A stretch of 64,000 nt of DNA from a virus, in the IMG/VR virus record IMGVR_UViG_3300025141_000034, positions 61,025 to 125,024 of that record; one strand, given 5' to 3'. The translations under genes were made by a program, and so were the position numbers. The notes under the pieces are model-generated. The model saw only the letters and a list, made by a program, of their open reading frames with translations. It did not search any database and was not told the origin of the DNA. Of the stretch, positions 1-10,499 are shown piece by piece (positions within the stretch are counted from its first letter, which is position 1; every line of letters begins with the position of its first letter).

Positions 1-2
1 CA

Positions 3-2942
3 ATTAATAGCATTCCTACAAACGGTCATACACTTATCTTGACAGATGCTGATGGAACTTCTGACACATATACGTTTAGCACTAGTGTTACACAGGAAGA
101 TAGCACAAAATCCAATGTCGGGATATCAGGTGTTGATACGACTTCAGGTGTTGCTACCTCATTAAGAATATCAATTAATCTCGCCAGCCTAGACGATGAT
201 ATTCAAATCACAGCAGCTATTCCAGCATCTAATGAGCTAACTGTCTATATGTTGACAAAAGGCACAGCAGGAAATGGAAAGACGATAACAGGAACTGCGG
301 TATCTGCTGAGTCTATCTCTGTAAGCTCATTTAGCGGAGGTACACCTAAGCTGGACTCTGAGGGCAGATACATGGGTGCTGTTAGACAGCTAAGCTTACC
401 AGCAAAGAATTCAAAGGCCTTTAGCATCACAAGGTTCAGACCTCCATTTCTATTTCAGAGTGATGAGAATCAAGGTCAAGGAGGTGATAACTCATCTCCT
501 GAAAGCTTTGACGCCAAGAGGCGGATTGTGAAGAACCAGGTGAGGAATATTCTTCTCCCTCACTACATGTCAAAATTCACACATCCCAACTACGCATACA
601 CAAACTACCACACGTTAAACTTCTTTACATCATCGATTAACTGGCAGCTCACCAAGCCATACGCCACGTCCACAGAAATTACTAGCTCACCCTATAAGTG
701 GATGAATGGAAGTGTGCTAGCCTATCCCTGTCTAACAGGATCACTGAATACAACATTTACTAGTAATGAGCAATACGCGCTTAGGGCTAAACGATTTGAC
801 GGTCGGTACACACCTGAGAGTGCATTTACATTTGACTTCTACATAAATCCCAGGTATGGAAATGATGTTAGACCTACAGCTGGAGGTCCCAAGAAAGGAG
901 ACTTTAGGCCGGGAACAATCTTCCACATGAGTGGTACATACGCAATAAGTCTTGTTTCAGGATCAAGCAAGGCTGCAGACGGCTCTGCGAATGGATTTAG
1001 GATACTTGTACAGCTATCACAGAGCGCTGAGTATCCTCCCTCAAAGTGGAAGATATTACCGGGTCATGATAGACCAATTTTTGGAGCAAACAACTCAAAC
1101 TATAAGCAAGATCCGTATGGGTATGCCTGGGTCTCACCTGATAACGTTCTTAGGCGAGACCACTGGCATCACGTCGCGATTCGGTGGGGAGGATCAAAGG
1201 TAAATAACGGCACAGGTAGCTTTGTTATTGACGGAAATATTGTCTCTGAGTTTGTAATTACAGGAACAGATAGCATCAGGCCTTTTGTAAATCATTCATT
1301 TGGAGGTGTTAGGGCTAGGGCAGATAGATTCCTAGCAGGAAGGGCAGATCCGAATGCTCTGTTTATAGGAAACTTTTATGAGGGAACAAATGTAACTGGC
1401 TCTGGTGGAGCAAATACAACAATTGAGAGATTTTTTAATCAGGCCGCTCAAAAAGCAGAGGGATTTACACCAGCTGTCTCAGGAGTTCTCGGAAGAGGAG
1501 GTGACCCTAGCAGCTTTACGTTTAATCATCCTTTAAATGCTGAGGTCCATGATCTAAAGATATTTAACTCACACAGGACACTCCACCAGATAATGACAAG
1601 CTCAGTGGAAGGTCCCACTGATACATCTGATCTTATATTTTATGTTCCGCCATTTTTTATAAATGAAAATAGAAAAAGAAATTTTCTAGTTACTGCTGTC
1701 TCATCATCAAGAAGAGAGTACTTTACTGACACAGGCGGTGCTAAATATGACGATGAGTCAGCTGAGGAGCCCTTTAATTATCCGACTGATGTCTTTACAC
1801 AGCCATATACATCACTTCCGTTCAACGCCGGTCTGTCAATGACAGTTGACGCAACTGATATCAGTGTTGAGAATTTTACAAAGGATATTGCCAATAATGT
1901 ATATCCCAGGCTTGTGTATCTTACATCGTCAGTTGACTCATCTCTGGTCACATCAGCTGCAGCAACAAGGGCATCAAAAGGTGCAGTACAAGACTATCTA
2001 TTTTGGAATTTTAATACGGGATCTATTAGAAAGAGATCTTTAACAGTTCTTCCATGTGATAATGGAAAATTTAAGCCGAACTATTCTCTAATCTACACAG
2101 GATCAGATACAGATGGCGTAATGCTCACTGGATCTGAAGGATACCTTTATAGGGATGATCTCGGTGAATTTGACGCAAGTCTGATAAATCTAAGTGACAT
2201 GTTTGTCACAAGACCACAGCCGCTAACACCAATGATGGGCTGGGATGGGCTTGGTTATAATAGAATATCACATACACTATCTGTCTACACAGGCTCAGAT
2301 CACGCTAGCCCGCCTGAAGCGTCACCCTATAGCCCAAATGCTAAAATTAAAGATGGAACAGCAGATGTTCACTTTATAGCATATCAGGCATCACTTGATC
2401 AGTCTAGCAATGAGATTGTCTTATTTAACATACCAAATCTATTCTATGGAAATAGAATTGAACCTGGAAGCTTTAAACTAGAAGATGAGAACATATCTGG
2501 CTCCAATGGAAAGATAAAGATCACACTTCGAGATGATGGTCTGGGAACACTGTATAGGGCAGACTGCGAGACTGCACACGCGACATCTAATGGTGTTGGA
2601 AATATCTTTTACGATGAGGGAGTTGTCTTAATTAAGTCACCCCATCTGGCTCAGCTTGGAAAGGAGCAGTTTAAGATGACGTTTAACGGCGAGCAAAATA
2701 CTCATGTTCTATCAATAAGGGTTCCATGTCAGCCAGGTCTCATCAATAGCTCATCAAATCCTGGATTTAAGGTTCTATCTGCCTCACTAGACGCAAATGA
2801 TATTGAATCTGAGTTTGTATACATTACAGGGATCAATTTTCACGATGACAACATGAATGTTATAATGAAAGCTAACCTTGCGCAGCCTGTTGTGAAGAGA
2901 GACGACGACGACTTTCTATTCAGGGTAAAGATGGATTTTTAA
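3..2942 (+). CDS. Large virion structural protein (LamG/concanavalin-like domain, baseplate/tail associated); 5' end lies outside the window
   Basis: Frame is open from base 3 (INSIPTNGHTLILTDADG...). LamG-like motifs FTFDFYINP and WHHVAIRW; Ser/Thr/Gly-rich; C-terminus YITGINFHDDNMNVIMKANLAQPVVK resembles jumbo-phage virion proteins. Confidence 0.6.
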   Translation: MNSIPTNGHTLILTDADGTSDTYTFSTSVTQEDSTKSNVGISGVDTTSGVATSLRISINLASLDDDIQITAAIPASNELTVYMLTKGTAGNGKTITGTAVSAESISVSSFSGGTPKLDSEGRYMGAVRQLSLPAKNSKAFSITRFRPPFLFQSDENQGQGGDNSSPESFDAKRRIVKNQVRNILLPHYMSKFTHPNYAYTNYHTLNFFTSSINWQLTKPYATSTEITSSPYKWMNGSVLAYPCLTGSLNTTFTSNEQYALRAKRFDGRYTPESAFTFDFYINPRYGNDVRPTAGGPKKGDFRPGTIFHMSGTYAISLVSGSSKAADGSANGFRILVQLSQSAEYPPSKWKILPGHDRPIFGANNSNYKQDPYGYAWVSPDNVLRRDHWHHVAIRWGGSKVNNGTGSFVIDGNIVSEFVITGTDSIRPFVNHSFGGVRARADRFLAGRADPNALFIGNFYEGTNVTGSGGANTTIERFFNQAAQKAEGFTPAVSGVLGRGGDPSSFTFNHPLNAEVHDLKIFNSHRTLHQIMTSSVEGPTDTSDLIFYVPPFFINENRKRNFLVTAVSSSRREYFTDTGGAKYDDESAEEPFNYPTDVFTQPYTSLPFNAGLSMTVDATDISVENFTKDIANNVYPRLVYLTSSVDSSLVTSAAATRASKGAVQDYLFWNFNTGSIRKRSLTVLPCDNGKFKPNYSLIYTGSDTDGVMLTGSEGYLYRDDLGEFDASLINLSDMFVTRPQPLTPMMGWDGLGYNRISHTLSVYTGSDHASPPEASPYSPNAKIKDGTADVHFIAYQASLDQSSNEIVLFNIPNLFYGNRIEPGSFKLEDENISGSNGKIKITLRDDGLGTLYRADCETAHATSNGVGNIFYDEGVVLIKSPHLAQLGKEQFKMTFNGEQNTHVLSIRVPCQPGLINSSSNPGFKVLSASLDANDIESEFVYITGINFHDDNMNVIMKANLAQPVVKRDDDDFLFRVKMDF

Positions 2943-3487
2943 TGGTTCTCGGTCTGGACATATCTACAAGTTGCACTGGGTGGTGCGTAGTTGACACATC
3001 TGGCCAGCTAGTAAAAATGGGATATATCTCACTATTAAAAGATAAGTCACCATTTAAAAAAGCAAAAAAAGTCCGCCAGGCTCTTTCTGATATAAACATA
3101 GACTACGAGATTGAAAAGATCTGCATAGAAGAGAACTTACAGGCGTTTAGACCTGGATTTTCATCTGCAAAAACGCTGCTTACACTAGCAAGGTTCAATG
3201 GTGTGGTCAGCTATCTTGTGCAGGAGGAATTTTGTATTGCTCCCAATTTTATAAATGTAAACACAGCTAGAAAGTCTTTAGGAATAAAAATTCAAAAGCA
3301 ATCTAAGTGCGGAATATCAACAAAAGATCAGGTTTTAAGCTGGGTTTCGTCAAATGTTCCAAAGAATTTTGTCTGGCCGTCAAAGATTTTAAAATCTGGA
3401 CCGAGAAAAGGTAAGACAGTAGTTCAGCCCGGGTGCTATGACATGGCAGATTCGTATGTCATAGCAAGAGCTGGCTTGATTAATTGA
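2942..3487 (+). CDS. ruvC: RuvC-like Holliday junction resolvase
   Basis: N-terminal VLGLDISTSCTGW, central ICIEE, C-terminal DMADS acidic motifs of the RNase H fold; 181 aa. Confidence 0.8.
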   Translation: MVLGLDISTSCTGWCVVDTSGQLVKMGYISLLKDKSPFKKAKKVRQALSDINIDYEIEKICIEENLQAFRPGFSSAKTLLTLARFNGVVSYLVQEEFCIAPNFINVNTARKSLGIKIQKQSKCGISTKDQVLSWVSSNVPKNFVWPSKILKSGPRKGKTVVQPGCYDMADSYVIARAGLIN

Positions 3488-3512
3488 AAAGTTTAATTTT
3501 TAGTGTTATGAT
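3484..3512 (+). promoter_or_regulatory. Sigma70-type promoter upstream of primase
   Basis: TTGAAA (3484-3489), 17-nt spacer, extended -10 TGt-TATGAT (3504-3512). Confidence 0.7.
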
Positions 3513-3518
3513 ATACAT

Positions 3519-4493
3519 GTGGTAACATTTACACAAAAGATTAACTTTCTAAGAAGAATTTTTGGTAGTTATGATCTTGATAGAAAGCAGCAGAATGCCA
3601 TATTTTCATGCCCAAGCTGTGGCGGTGAAACTCATAAGAAAAAATTCTATATTAATCTAGATACGTGGCAGTGTCACTGCTGGTCTTGCAACCTAAGAGG
3701 AAAGACAATACTCTCTGTGCTAAGAAAGCATGGAACAAAAAGTGACGTTGAGTCATTTATGTCTCACATCGGTATCAAAGATAGGGGATTCTCATCTTTA
3801 AAGAGTGAATCACAAGATGAAATAGAGAGGATTAGGCTACCTGAAAACTTTATCCTCCTTGCTGATAGTCAGAGGTCGATAGATCCAGATATCAGGGGAT
3901 GTATTAAGTATCTAGGGTCCCGAGGGCTATCTGAGAGAGACCTGTGGAGATATAGATTTGGAACTGTGACCAGGGGAAGGTTTAAAAGAAGGGTAATAAT
4001 TCCTTCTTTTGACTCCTTTGGTGATCTTAATTTCTTTGTATCAAGGGCTATAGATGATAGTGCTAGAAGAAAGTATATTAACTCCAATAACAATAAAAAG
4101 TTTATTATATTCAATGAGATTGATATCGACTGGTCTAGAGAGCTTACACTAGTTGAGGGTCCTTTTGATATGGTAAAAGCTGGAGAAAATACCACCTGTA
4201 TTCTCGGTTCTAGCCTAAGGGATGACTATCTTCTATTCTCAAGAATAGTGTCAAATGAGACACCTATTCTTTTAGCACTTGACTCTGACATGAAGCCCAA
4301 AGAGCAGGAGATAGCTATGCAATTAAATTCATATGGCTGTCAAGTTCGGGTGATGGACTTGGGAGGATTTTCTGACGTCGGGTCAATGACAAGAGATGAC
4401 TTTATCAATCTTAAAAATAATTCAAAAGAATGGAACCCATCTCAGAGGCTTAAAATGAGAATTGGAGCCCTTAGGAGTGGATCTCTTCTCTAG
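3519..4493 (+). CDS. DNA primase (T4 gp61/DnaG-like)
   Basis: Zn ribbon CPSC...CHCWSC; TOPRIM motifs LVEGPFD and LALDSD. Confidence 0.9.
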   Translation: MVTFTQKINFLRRIFGSYDLDRKQQNAIFSCPSCGGETHKKKFYINLDTWQCHCWSCNLRGKTILSVLRKHGTKSDVESFMSHIGIKDRGFSSLKSESQDEIERIRLPENFILLADSQRSIDPDIRGCIKYLGSRGLSERDLWRYRFGTVTRGRFKRRVIIPSFDSFGDLNFFVSRAIDDSARRKYINSNNNKKFIIFNEIDIDWSRELTLVEGPFDMVKAGENTTCILGSSLRDDYLLFSRIVSNETPILLALDSDMKPKEQEIAMQLNSYGCQVRVMDLGGFSDVGSMTRDDFINLKNNSKEWNPSQRLKMRIGALRSGSLL

Positions 4494-4526
4494 TTCATAA
4501 TATTTATCTCTGTTTAACGAAGGTGC

Positions 4527-4952
4527 ATGATGAAGGTTAGTAGAAGTCAACTTAGGCAGATGATTAGAGAGGTCATGGCTGATCTTGAAGAGGACGCACT
4601 CTTTTCAAATCAGGATGTTCTCGGTCTTCAACCTGAAAAAGACATACCTGGACAGACACCCAGTCCGGTTTGTAAAAAATGTAGAATGAGCCACCCCCAC
4701 GGATCATGTCCTCACACAGCTGAGATTGGAAGAAATTTAAGCTACGGTCATCAGGGCTCAGGAGATGAAGAAGGAAGAATGTCTAGAAGCCAGCTATACA
4801 AGGTTTCAAAATACGCGCAGAGTCTTCATGACATCATTAGAGATGATGATGATCTACCTGAGTGGGTTCAATCAAAAATAGCTGTGATGGATAATGATAT
4901 AGATAAGATAAAACACTATCTTGAGTACAAGCTTAAAAGAATGGAGAAGTGA
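4527..4952 (+). CDS. Hypothetical late protein with MKVSRSQLRQMIRE leader (candidate head-internal protein)
   Basis: SD AGGTG; ATATTTA motif at 4500; N-terminal peptide shared with other ORFs. Confidence 0.6.
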   Translation: MMKVSRSQLRQMIREVMADLEEDALFSNQDVLGLQPEKDIPGQTPSPVCKKCRMSHPHGSCPHTAEIGRNLSYGHQGSGDEEGRMSRSQLYKVSKYAQSLHDIIRDDDDLPEWVQSKIAVMDNDIDKIKHYLEYKLKRMEK

Positions 4953-4958
4953 CGATAT

Positions 4959-4988
4959 TGTACATCGTTGATTCTAGTAGAATAATAT
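4959..4988 (+). promoter_or_regulatory. Sigma70-type promoter upstream of Mre11-Rad50
   Basis: TGTACA (4959-4964) ... TAATAT (4983-4988); the same TGTACA box precedes polA and the HD gene. Confidence 0.45.
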
Positions 4989-4995
4989 ACCATAT

Positions 4996-7900
4996 ATGAG
5001 AGTTATCCATATTGCCGATGTCCACTGGCGTGGTCTTTCTCGACATGATGAATACAGGGAATCTTTCTCAGCCTTTATTAAACAGGCTAGAGATTTAAAA
5101 CCTGATATTATTTACATTGGTGGAGATATAGTTCATTCAAAGACTCAAGGAATATCTCCTGAGCTAATCGACTGTCTGTGCTGGTGGTTTGATGAATTAT
5201 CAAAAATATGTCATGTTCACGTGATACTTGGTAATCATGACGGTCTGCTCAACAACAAGGATCGCCAGGATGCCATTAGTCCCATTCTATCAGCCCTGGA
5301 TAACAGGAGAGTTCACCTCTATAAGAAATCAGGCGTATACCCGACGGGTGTAACAGGGTTTAACTGGTGCGTTTTTTCATGTTTTGATGAAGCAGGGTGG
5401 GACAACATCGTGCCTGTCGAGGATGAGATTAATATTGCCCTCTATCATGGATGTGTCTGGGGTTCGAAAACTGACATTGACTGGGAGCTCGAGGGTGAGG
5501 TCGATGTTGAATTTTTTTCCGGCTATGACTTTGCACTACTTGGCGATATTCATAAGACACAATTCTTAAATGAGAAAAAGACTGTAGCCTATTGCGGCTC
5601 ATCAATTCAGCAAAATTATGGTGAGGATCCAGGAAAAGGATTTCTTTTATGGGATATTAGGGGTAAAGATGATTTTGATGTTAAATTTTATGAGATTCCT
5701 CACTTTCAACCATTTGTGACAATTGACTGGCTCGGAAGTGTCGATGCTACATTATCTTCAACAGGTAGTCTTGTAGATGGGTCGAGATTTAGAGTTAGAT
5801 CTGATAAAAAGATACATCAGTCTGATATAACAACCCTATACAAAAGGCTAAAGGATAAAAAGAATGCTACAGAGATAGTGTTTAAAATGGATCACGAAGT
5901 TGATCCCGGTATAATAGAGACGAATGGAGCATCATTTTCAAAGAAAAATTTAAGAGATTTCTCTGTTCATCAAAAATTAATGAGAAATTATTACGAAAAT
6001 ACAGAAATATCTGAAAAAAATTGGTCAAAGATTGAAGAAAAGATATCTAACTATATCAGCAATATTTCCAAGAGAGATGTTGTTACTAGAAACGCTAGAT
6101 GGTCAATTAATAAGCTATCATTTGATAATACATTTGGGTATGGAAAGGAAAATACTTTAAACTTTGAAAAGCTAGGGGGAATCACAGGTATTTTTGGAAA
6201 AAATAGGCAAGGAAAGTCTTCTATAATTGGATCTTTAATGTACTGTCTGTATAACACTACAGATCGCGGAGGAATTAAAAATATTCACATCATAAACACT
6301 AGAAAAAAATATTGTAAAGCATGTGTAGAAATAGATGTAAATGGAATAAGATATAGGATTGAAAGAGGGACAGTAAAACATCAGGCTAGAAAGGGACATG
6401 TTTACTCTACGACTAGCTTAGGAATATCAAAGATTGATAAAGATGGGCTCGTTATAGAAGATATGTCTGGAGAACAGAGAAGAGATACAGAGAAAATTGT
6501 TCAAAAACTGATAGGAACATCAGATGATTTTCTCTTAACCTCTTTAGCATCTCAAGGAGAGATGAATTCGTTCATTAAGGAAAAGGCCACTTCTAGAAAA
6601 AATATTTTAAATAAGTTTCTTGATCTTGAGATATTTGATCAAATGTTTGCAATGGCAAAAGAGGAGTCTTCTGAAATTAGATTACGGGCAAAAAATCTAC
6701 CAAAAATTGACTGGTCCACTGAGATAGAGTCACAAGAGAAAGAAATAAAAGAAAAAAGGGATAAGATTAACAAGATTGAGATATTTTTAAATAAATTAAG
6801 ATCTCAACATCAAGAATTACGAATACAACTGGCAACTTCACCAGAAAGAGACACAGTAACAGCACAAGATGTCTCTAGCCAAAAGGATCTAATATCAAAT
6901 ATTTTAAAATCGCTAAGTCAGCTTAAAAAAGATTCAAAAAATCTTGAATGTGAAATAGAAGAGTCAGAGAATAAGATTAATAAAATTGAATCTGTAAAGT
7001 CTGAATTTCCGCTAAGCCAGATAAAGGAGAGACTTTTAGATTTAAGAAATATTAAAACCGAGCTGCTAAAGCTTGAGCATGAGATAGATCGTCAAAAAAC
7101 AGTTTTAAAAAATCAGCAAAGGTCGGTTAAAAAACTTGAAGATGTTCCATGTGGAGATAAATTTCCCAGTTGTAAATTTATTAAAGATTCTCATAAGAAT
7201 AAGTTTAAAATAGAAGATCAAAAAGATTTAATTTCTCTACTTTCTTCTCAAGCTAGAGGCGCCAGAAAGAGAATTAAGTCACTAGAGAGTCAGAATCATG
7301 AAGAAAAGATTCAAAAATATGATGATCTCATAAATAAGGAGTCAGAATTAAGAGTTTCAATTTCATCAACAAGGGTGAGTATTCATGAAATATGCAGTGA
7401 GATTTCTGTGCTTGAGAAGAAATTAGAAATTGCCAGAGACTCTCTCTCGCATATGGAGGTACATGTTATTGATGATAGTGAAAATAATATAGCTTTGAAA
7501 CTTAAGAAAAAGATCTCAGAGGCTTCAGATAAGATAGATCAAGCTGATGACAGCAGACTGTCTCTTGTTGAGCAAGCTGGAAAATATGAAATGAAACTAT
7601 CAAACCTTCAAGAAGAAAGAGATATATCTGATAAAATTTTTAATGATCTTGAGATATATGATCTTATTATGCAGGGAGTGTCTAAAAAGGGAATTCCAAG
7701 ATTAATTATGAGATCTCAACTTCCTCACATTAATAATGAGATTGCAAAAATACTTCAAGGTGTTATGGGATTTACAGTTGAGCTGGAAGCTGATGTTGAT
7801 ACTAATTCAATGGATGTCTTTATCAACTATGGAGACTCAAAAAGAGTTATTGAGCTAGGGTCTGGAATGGAGAAGATGATATCTTCTCTTGCAATTAGGG

Positions 7901-8133
7901 TTGCATTAATTAATGTATCTTCACTTCCTAAGCCTGATGTGTTTATTATTGATGAAGGTTTTGGTAGTTTAGATGAGAATAATATTGCCTCCTGCAATTT
8001 GTTGCTTAACTCTATGAGAAAGTGGTTTAAAAATATTATGATTATTTCTCATGTTGACGGAGTCAAGGATGCTGTTGACAATATACTAGACATATCGCTA
8101 TGTGGAAAAGATGCCAAGCTCATACACAACTAA
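4996..8133 (+). CDS. Fused Mre11/SbcD nuclease - Rad50/SbcC ABC ATPase (T4 gp47+gp46 equivalent)
   Basis: Phosphoesterase motifs IADVH, GGDIVH, GNHD, LGDIH; Walker A GKNRQGKS; long coiled coil; signature GSGME; Walker B IIDEGFGSLD; ISH loop. Confidence 0.92.
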   Translation: MRVIHIADVHWRGLSRHDEYRESFSAFIKQARDLKPDIIYIGGDIVHSKTQGISPELIDCLCWWFDELSKICHVHVILGNHDGLLNNKDRQDAISPILSALDNRRVHLYKKSGVYPTGVTGFNWCVFSCFDEAGWDNIVPVEDEINIALYHGCVWGSKTDIDWELEGEVDVEFFSGYDFALLGDIHKTQFLNEKKTVAYCGSSIQQNYGEDPGKGFLLWDIRGKDDFDVKFYEIPHFQPFVTIDWLGSVDATLSSTGSLVDGSRFRVRSDKKIHQSDITTLYKRLKDKKNATEIVFKMDHEVDPGIIETNGASFSKKNLRDFSVHQKLMRNYYENTEISEKNWSKIEEKISNYISNISKRDVVTRNARWSINKLSFDNTFGYGKENTLNFEKLGGITGIFGKNRQGKSSIIGSLMYCLYNTTDRGGIKNIHIINTRKKYCKACVEIDVNGIRYRIERGTVKHQARKGHVYSTTSLGISKIDKDGLVIEDMSGEQRRDTEKIVQKLIGTSDDFLLTSLASQGEMNSFIKEKATSRKNILNKFLDLEIFDQMFAMAKEESSEIRLRAKNLPKIDWSTEIESQEKEIKEKRDKINKIEIFLNKLRSQHQELRIQLATSPERDTVTAQDVSSQKDLISNILKSLSQLKKDSKNLECEIEESENKINKIESVKSEFPLSQIKERLLDLRNIKTELLKLEHEIDRQKTVLKNQQRSVKKLEDVPCGDKFPSCKFIKDSHKNKFKIEDQKDLISLLSSQARGARKRIKSLESQNHEEKIQKYDDLINKESELRVSISSTRVSIHEICSEISVLEKKLEIARDSLSHMEVHVIDDSENNIALKLKKKISEASDKIDQADDSRLSLVEQAGKYEMKLSNLQEERDISDKIFNDLEIYDLIMQGVSKKGIPRLIMRSQLPHINNEIAKILQGVMGFTVELEADVDTNSMDVFINYGDSKRVIELGSGMEKMISSLAIRVALINVSSLPKPDVFIIDEGFGSLDENNIASCNLLLNSMRKWFKNIMIISHVDGVKDAVDNILDISLCGKDAKLIHN

Positions 8134-8419
8134 TATAGGAGACGGATTCATTCAGATCGAGCATAGAATGGGATTTACGATAGTTAAGTCATCTAAGTCA
8201 TCAAATATTCTACCTCTTTTTTGTAACTTGTGTGAGCTTTCAATGAATAGTGCTCTTGACAGGGTGTATCATGATAAATATAAGTGTTGCTCCTCTTGTG
8301 GGATTAAGTGGGCAGATTTAAATCAGGATAAATGGACGCTAGGCTGGCGACCTGATAAGGAAGAAATAGAAGATGAGATAAATAGAAGAACATCTGTTTC
8401 TGTCTATTTCTCTTCTTAG
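8102..8419 (+). CDS. Small hypothetical protein with possible Zn-binding cysteines
   Basis: CNLC...CCSSC; overlaps the end of the Rad50 gene. Confidence 0.55.
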   Translation: MEKMPSSYTTNIGDGFIQIEHRMGFTIVKSSKSSNILPLFCNLCELSMNSALDRVYHDKYKCCSSCGIKWADLNQDKWTLGWRPDKEEIEDEINRRTSVSVYFSS

Positions 8420-8448
8420 AAAATATATAGAAGAAGAGGTGTGCAATT

Positions 8449-8829
8449 ATGCTAAATTTCCATGAAGTCAATGTGCTGGGTGGCATTTGTGATTCAACAG
8501 TTGGTAGGTCTTCAACAGTTAACTCTCCTACAATGTCAATTAAAACAACCTTGCAAAGTGATAAATTTTCTGTTACATACATGACTATTGTAAACTTAGG
8601 ATCTGTCCGTGAAATGAGAGATCTTGCAAAGAGATATGAAGAGGAATCTTCAAAGCTTATTAATGAATATATGAAGCATGTTAAGAAGGATTTTAAGGTG
8701 GGAGCAGGTAGGTCACTTAAGGTTAAAGAGCTGTCTTCAAATGATACATTTGATATAATTACTGTGTCAGCTTATTCGCCAAGAAGGAATGCTTATTATA
8801 AAAGAACAGTAACATTTCGTGTGGAATAA
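8449..8829 (+). CDS. Hypothetical protein translationally coupled to terminase
   Basis: SD GAGGTG; TAATG overlap with the terminase start. Confidence 0.65.
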   Translation: MLNFHEVNVLGGICDSTVGRSSTVNSPTMSIKTTLQSDKFSVTYMTIVNLGSVREMRDLAKRYEEESSKLINEYMKHVKKDFKVGAGRSLKVKELSSNDTFDIITVSAYSPRRNAYYKRTVTFRVE

Positions 8830-10454
8830 TGGCATCTGCTAACAAGTCACGTCAGATTAAGGAGATCATTAAGTGTGGAAAAGATCCAGTCTACTTCTTT
8901 AATAAGTATACAAAGATTCAACATCCAGTTAGGGGACTAATACCCTTCGACACCTATGGGTTTCAGGATGACTGTGTTAGTGATTTTATTGATAATAGAT
9001 TTACAATAATCGTTAAGTCAAGACAGCTTGGTCTTTCAACCCTAACAGCTGCATATGCTACGTGGCTTTGTATTTTTCAAAAAGATAAAAATATCTTAGT
9101 CATTGCAACAAAGCTTAGCGTTGCACAAAACTTTATTAAAAAAGTTAAAACTATCTTAAGAAATCTTCCACCATGGCTTGTATTACCACAACTTGTTACC
9201 AACAATAAGCAACTTTTAGAATTTAGTCACGGATCATCAGTTAAGGCAATTCCAACATCTGAAGACGCAGGTCGCTCAGAAGCGCTATCACTGCTAATTG
9301 TAGACGAGGCAGCTTTTGTTAGAAATTTTGATGATCTGTGGATGGGGCTTTATCCAACAATCTCTACTGGTGGAAGAGTTGTCATTCTATCTACACCGAA
9401 CGGTGTTGGAGGACAATATCATGAGCTTTTTACAAATGCTGAGGCAGGATTAAATGAGTTCAAAGCAATTAGGCTTCCATGGGATGTTCACCCCGAGAGG
9501 GATAAAGAGTGGTTTGATAAAGAAACTAGAAACTTTTCTGCTAGAAAAGTTGCTCAGGAGTATCTTTGTGACTTTGCATCATCAGGAGAAACGTTTCTCA
9601 CTGATAATGATATAAAGTTTTTACAATCTCAGATCATGGGACCAGTTGATAGGGGTGGAAGAGATATGAATGTCTGGATCTGGAAATATCCCCTATCGGA
9701 TCACAGATACGTTTTATCTGCAGATGTTGCGAGGGGAGATTCTAAGGATTATTCAGCTTTTCATGTTATTGATGTTGACGAGGGAGAGGTAGTTGCCGAG
9801 TATAAGGGAAAGATACCCCCAGATGATTTTGCTGTTCTTATAAATGAATTTGGTCTCAAGTATAATAAGGCAGTGGTCTGTCCTGAAAATAATAGCTATG
9901 GATTTGCTACAATTATAAAATTAAAAGATTTAAACTATCCAACGCTATATTATAGAAGACGAAAGGCTGTTACAATTGGCGGCTATATTCCGCCAGGAGA
10001 TACATCTATAGCTGGATTTACTACCAGTGGAAAGACAAGGGGAATGATTCTAACAAAATTAGAAGAGGTGATTAGAAATAAGCAGATAAAGATCTATTCA
10101 TCAAGATTCTACGAAGAGATGAAAACATTTATCTGGAAGGGAAATAAGGCACAGGCAATGAGAGGTAATTACAATGATGATCTCGTCATAAGCCTTGCCA
10201 TCGGATTGTGGCTCTATGATTCAGCATCAGATCACAGTAGAAACTCAGCTGCACTTAACAAGGCTATGCTAGAGGCAATGTCTGTAAAGACAAATACATT
10301 TGATATGCCACGCGACGTTCCGTCTGCTGTCACTGACGGTCGACCATATAATCCTATAAGAACAGACTCAACCGGAGGAAATAATGGTCGATGGGAAGAC
10401 AAGTGGGGAGAAAAGAGTGCTATACCCCCTGAACTAGAATGGGTGTATAAGTAA
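8829..10454 (+). CDS. terL: Terminase large subunit (T4 gp17-like)
   Basis: Walker A KSRQLGLST, Walker B LLIVDEAAF, coupling motif LSTPNG, nuclease ADVARG...DYS and DDLV. Confidence 0.95.
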   Translation: MASANKSRQIKEIIKCGKDPVYFFNKYTKIQHPVRGLIPFDTYGFQDDCVSDFIDNRFTIIVKSRQLGLSTLTAAYATWLCIFQKDKNILVIATKLSVAQNFIKKVKTILRNLPPWLVLPQLVTNNKQLLEFSHGSSVKAIPTSEDAGRSEALSLLIVDEAAFVRNFDDLWMGLYPTISTGGRVVILSTPNGVGGQYHELFTNAEAGLNEFKAIRLPWDVHPERDKEWFDKETRNFSARKVAQEYLCDFASSGETFLTDNDIKFLQSQIMGPVDRGGRDMNVWIWKYPLSDHRYVLSADVARGDSKDYSAFHVIDVDEGEVVAEYKGKIPPDDFAVLINEFGLKYNKAVVCPENNSYGFATIIKLKDLNYPTLYYRRRKAVTIGGYIPPGDTSIAGFTTSGKTRGMILTKLEEVIRNKQIKIYSSRFYEEMKTFIWKGNKAQAMRGNYNDDLVISLAIGLWLYDSASDHSRNSAALNKAMLEAMSVKTNTFDMPRDVPSAVTDGRPYNPIRTDSTGGNNGRWEDKWGEKSAIPPELEWVYK

Positions 10455-10499
10455 TTTATGTAGAGATGCCCATGCTGTATGGTAGATCTGGAGAGTTTT

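Noticed and set aside
8102-8829. Small terminase subunit assignment for the ORFs upstream of terL
   Set aside because: Only position supports it; there is no recognisable gp16-like sequence.
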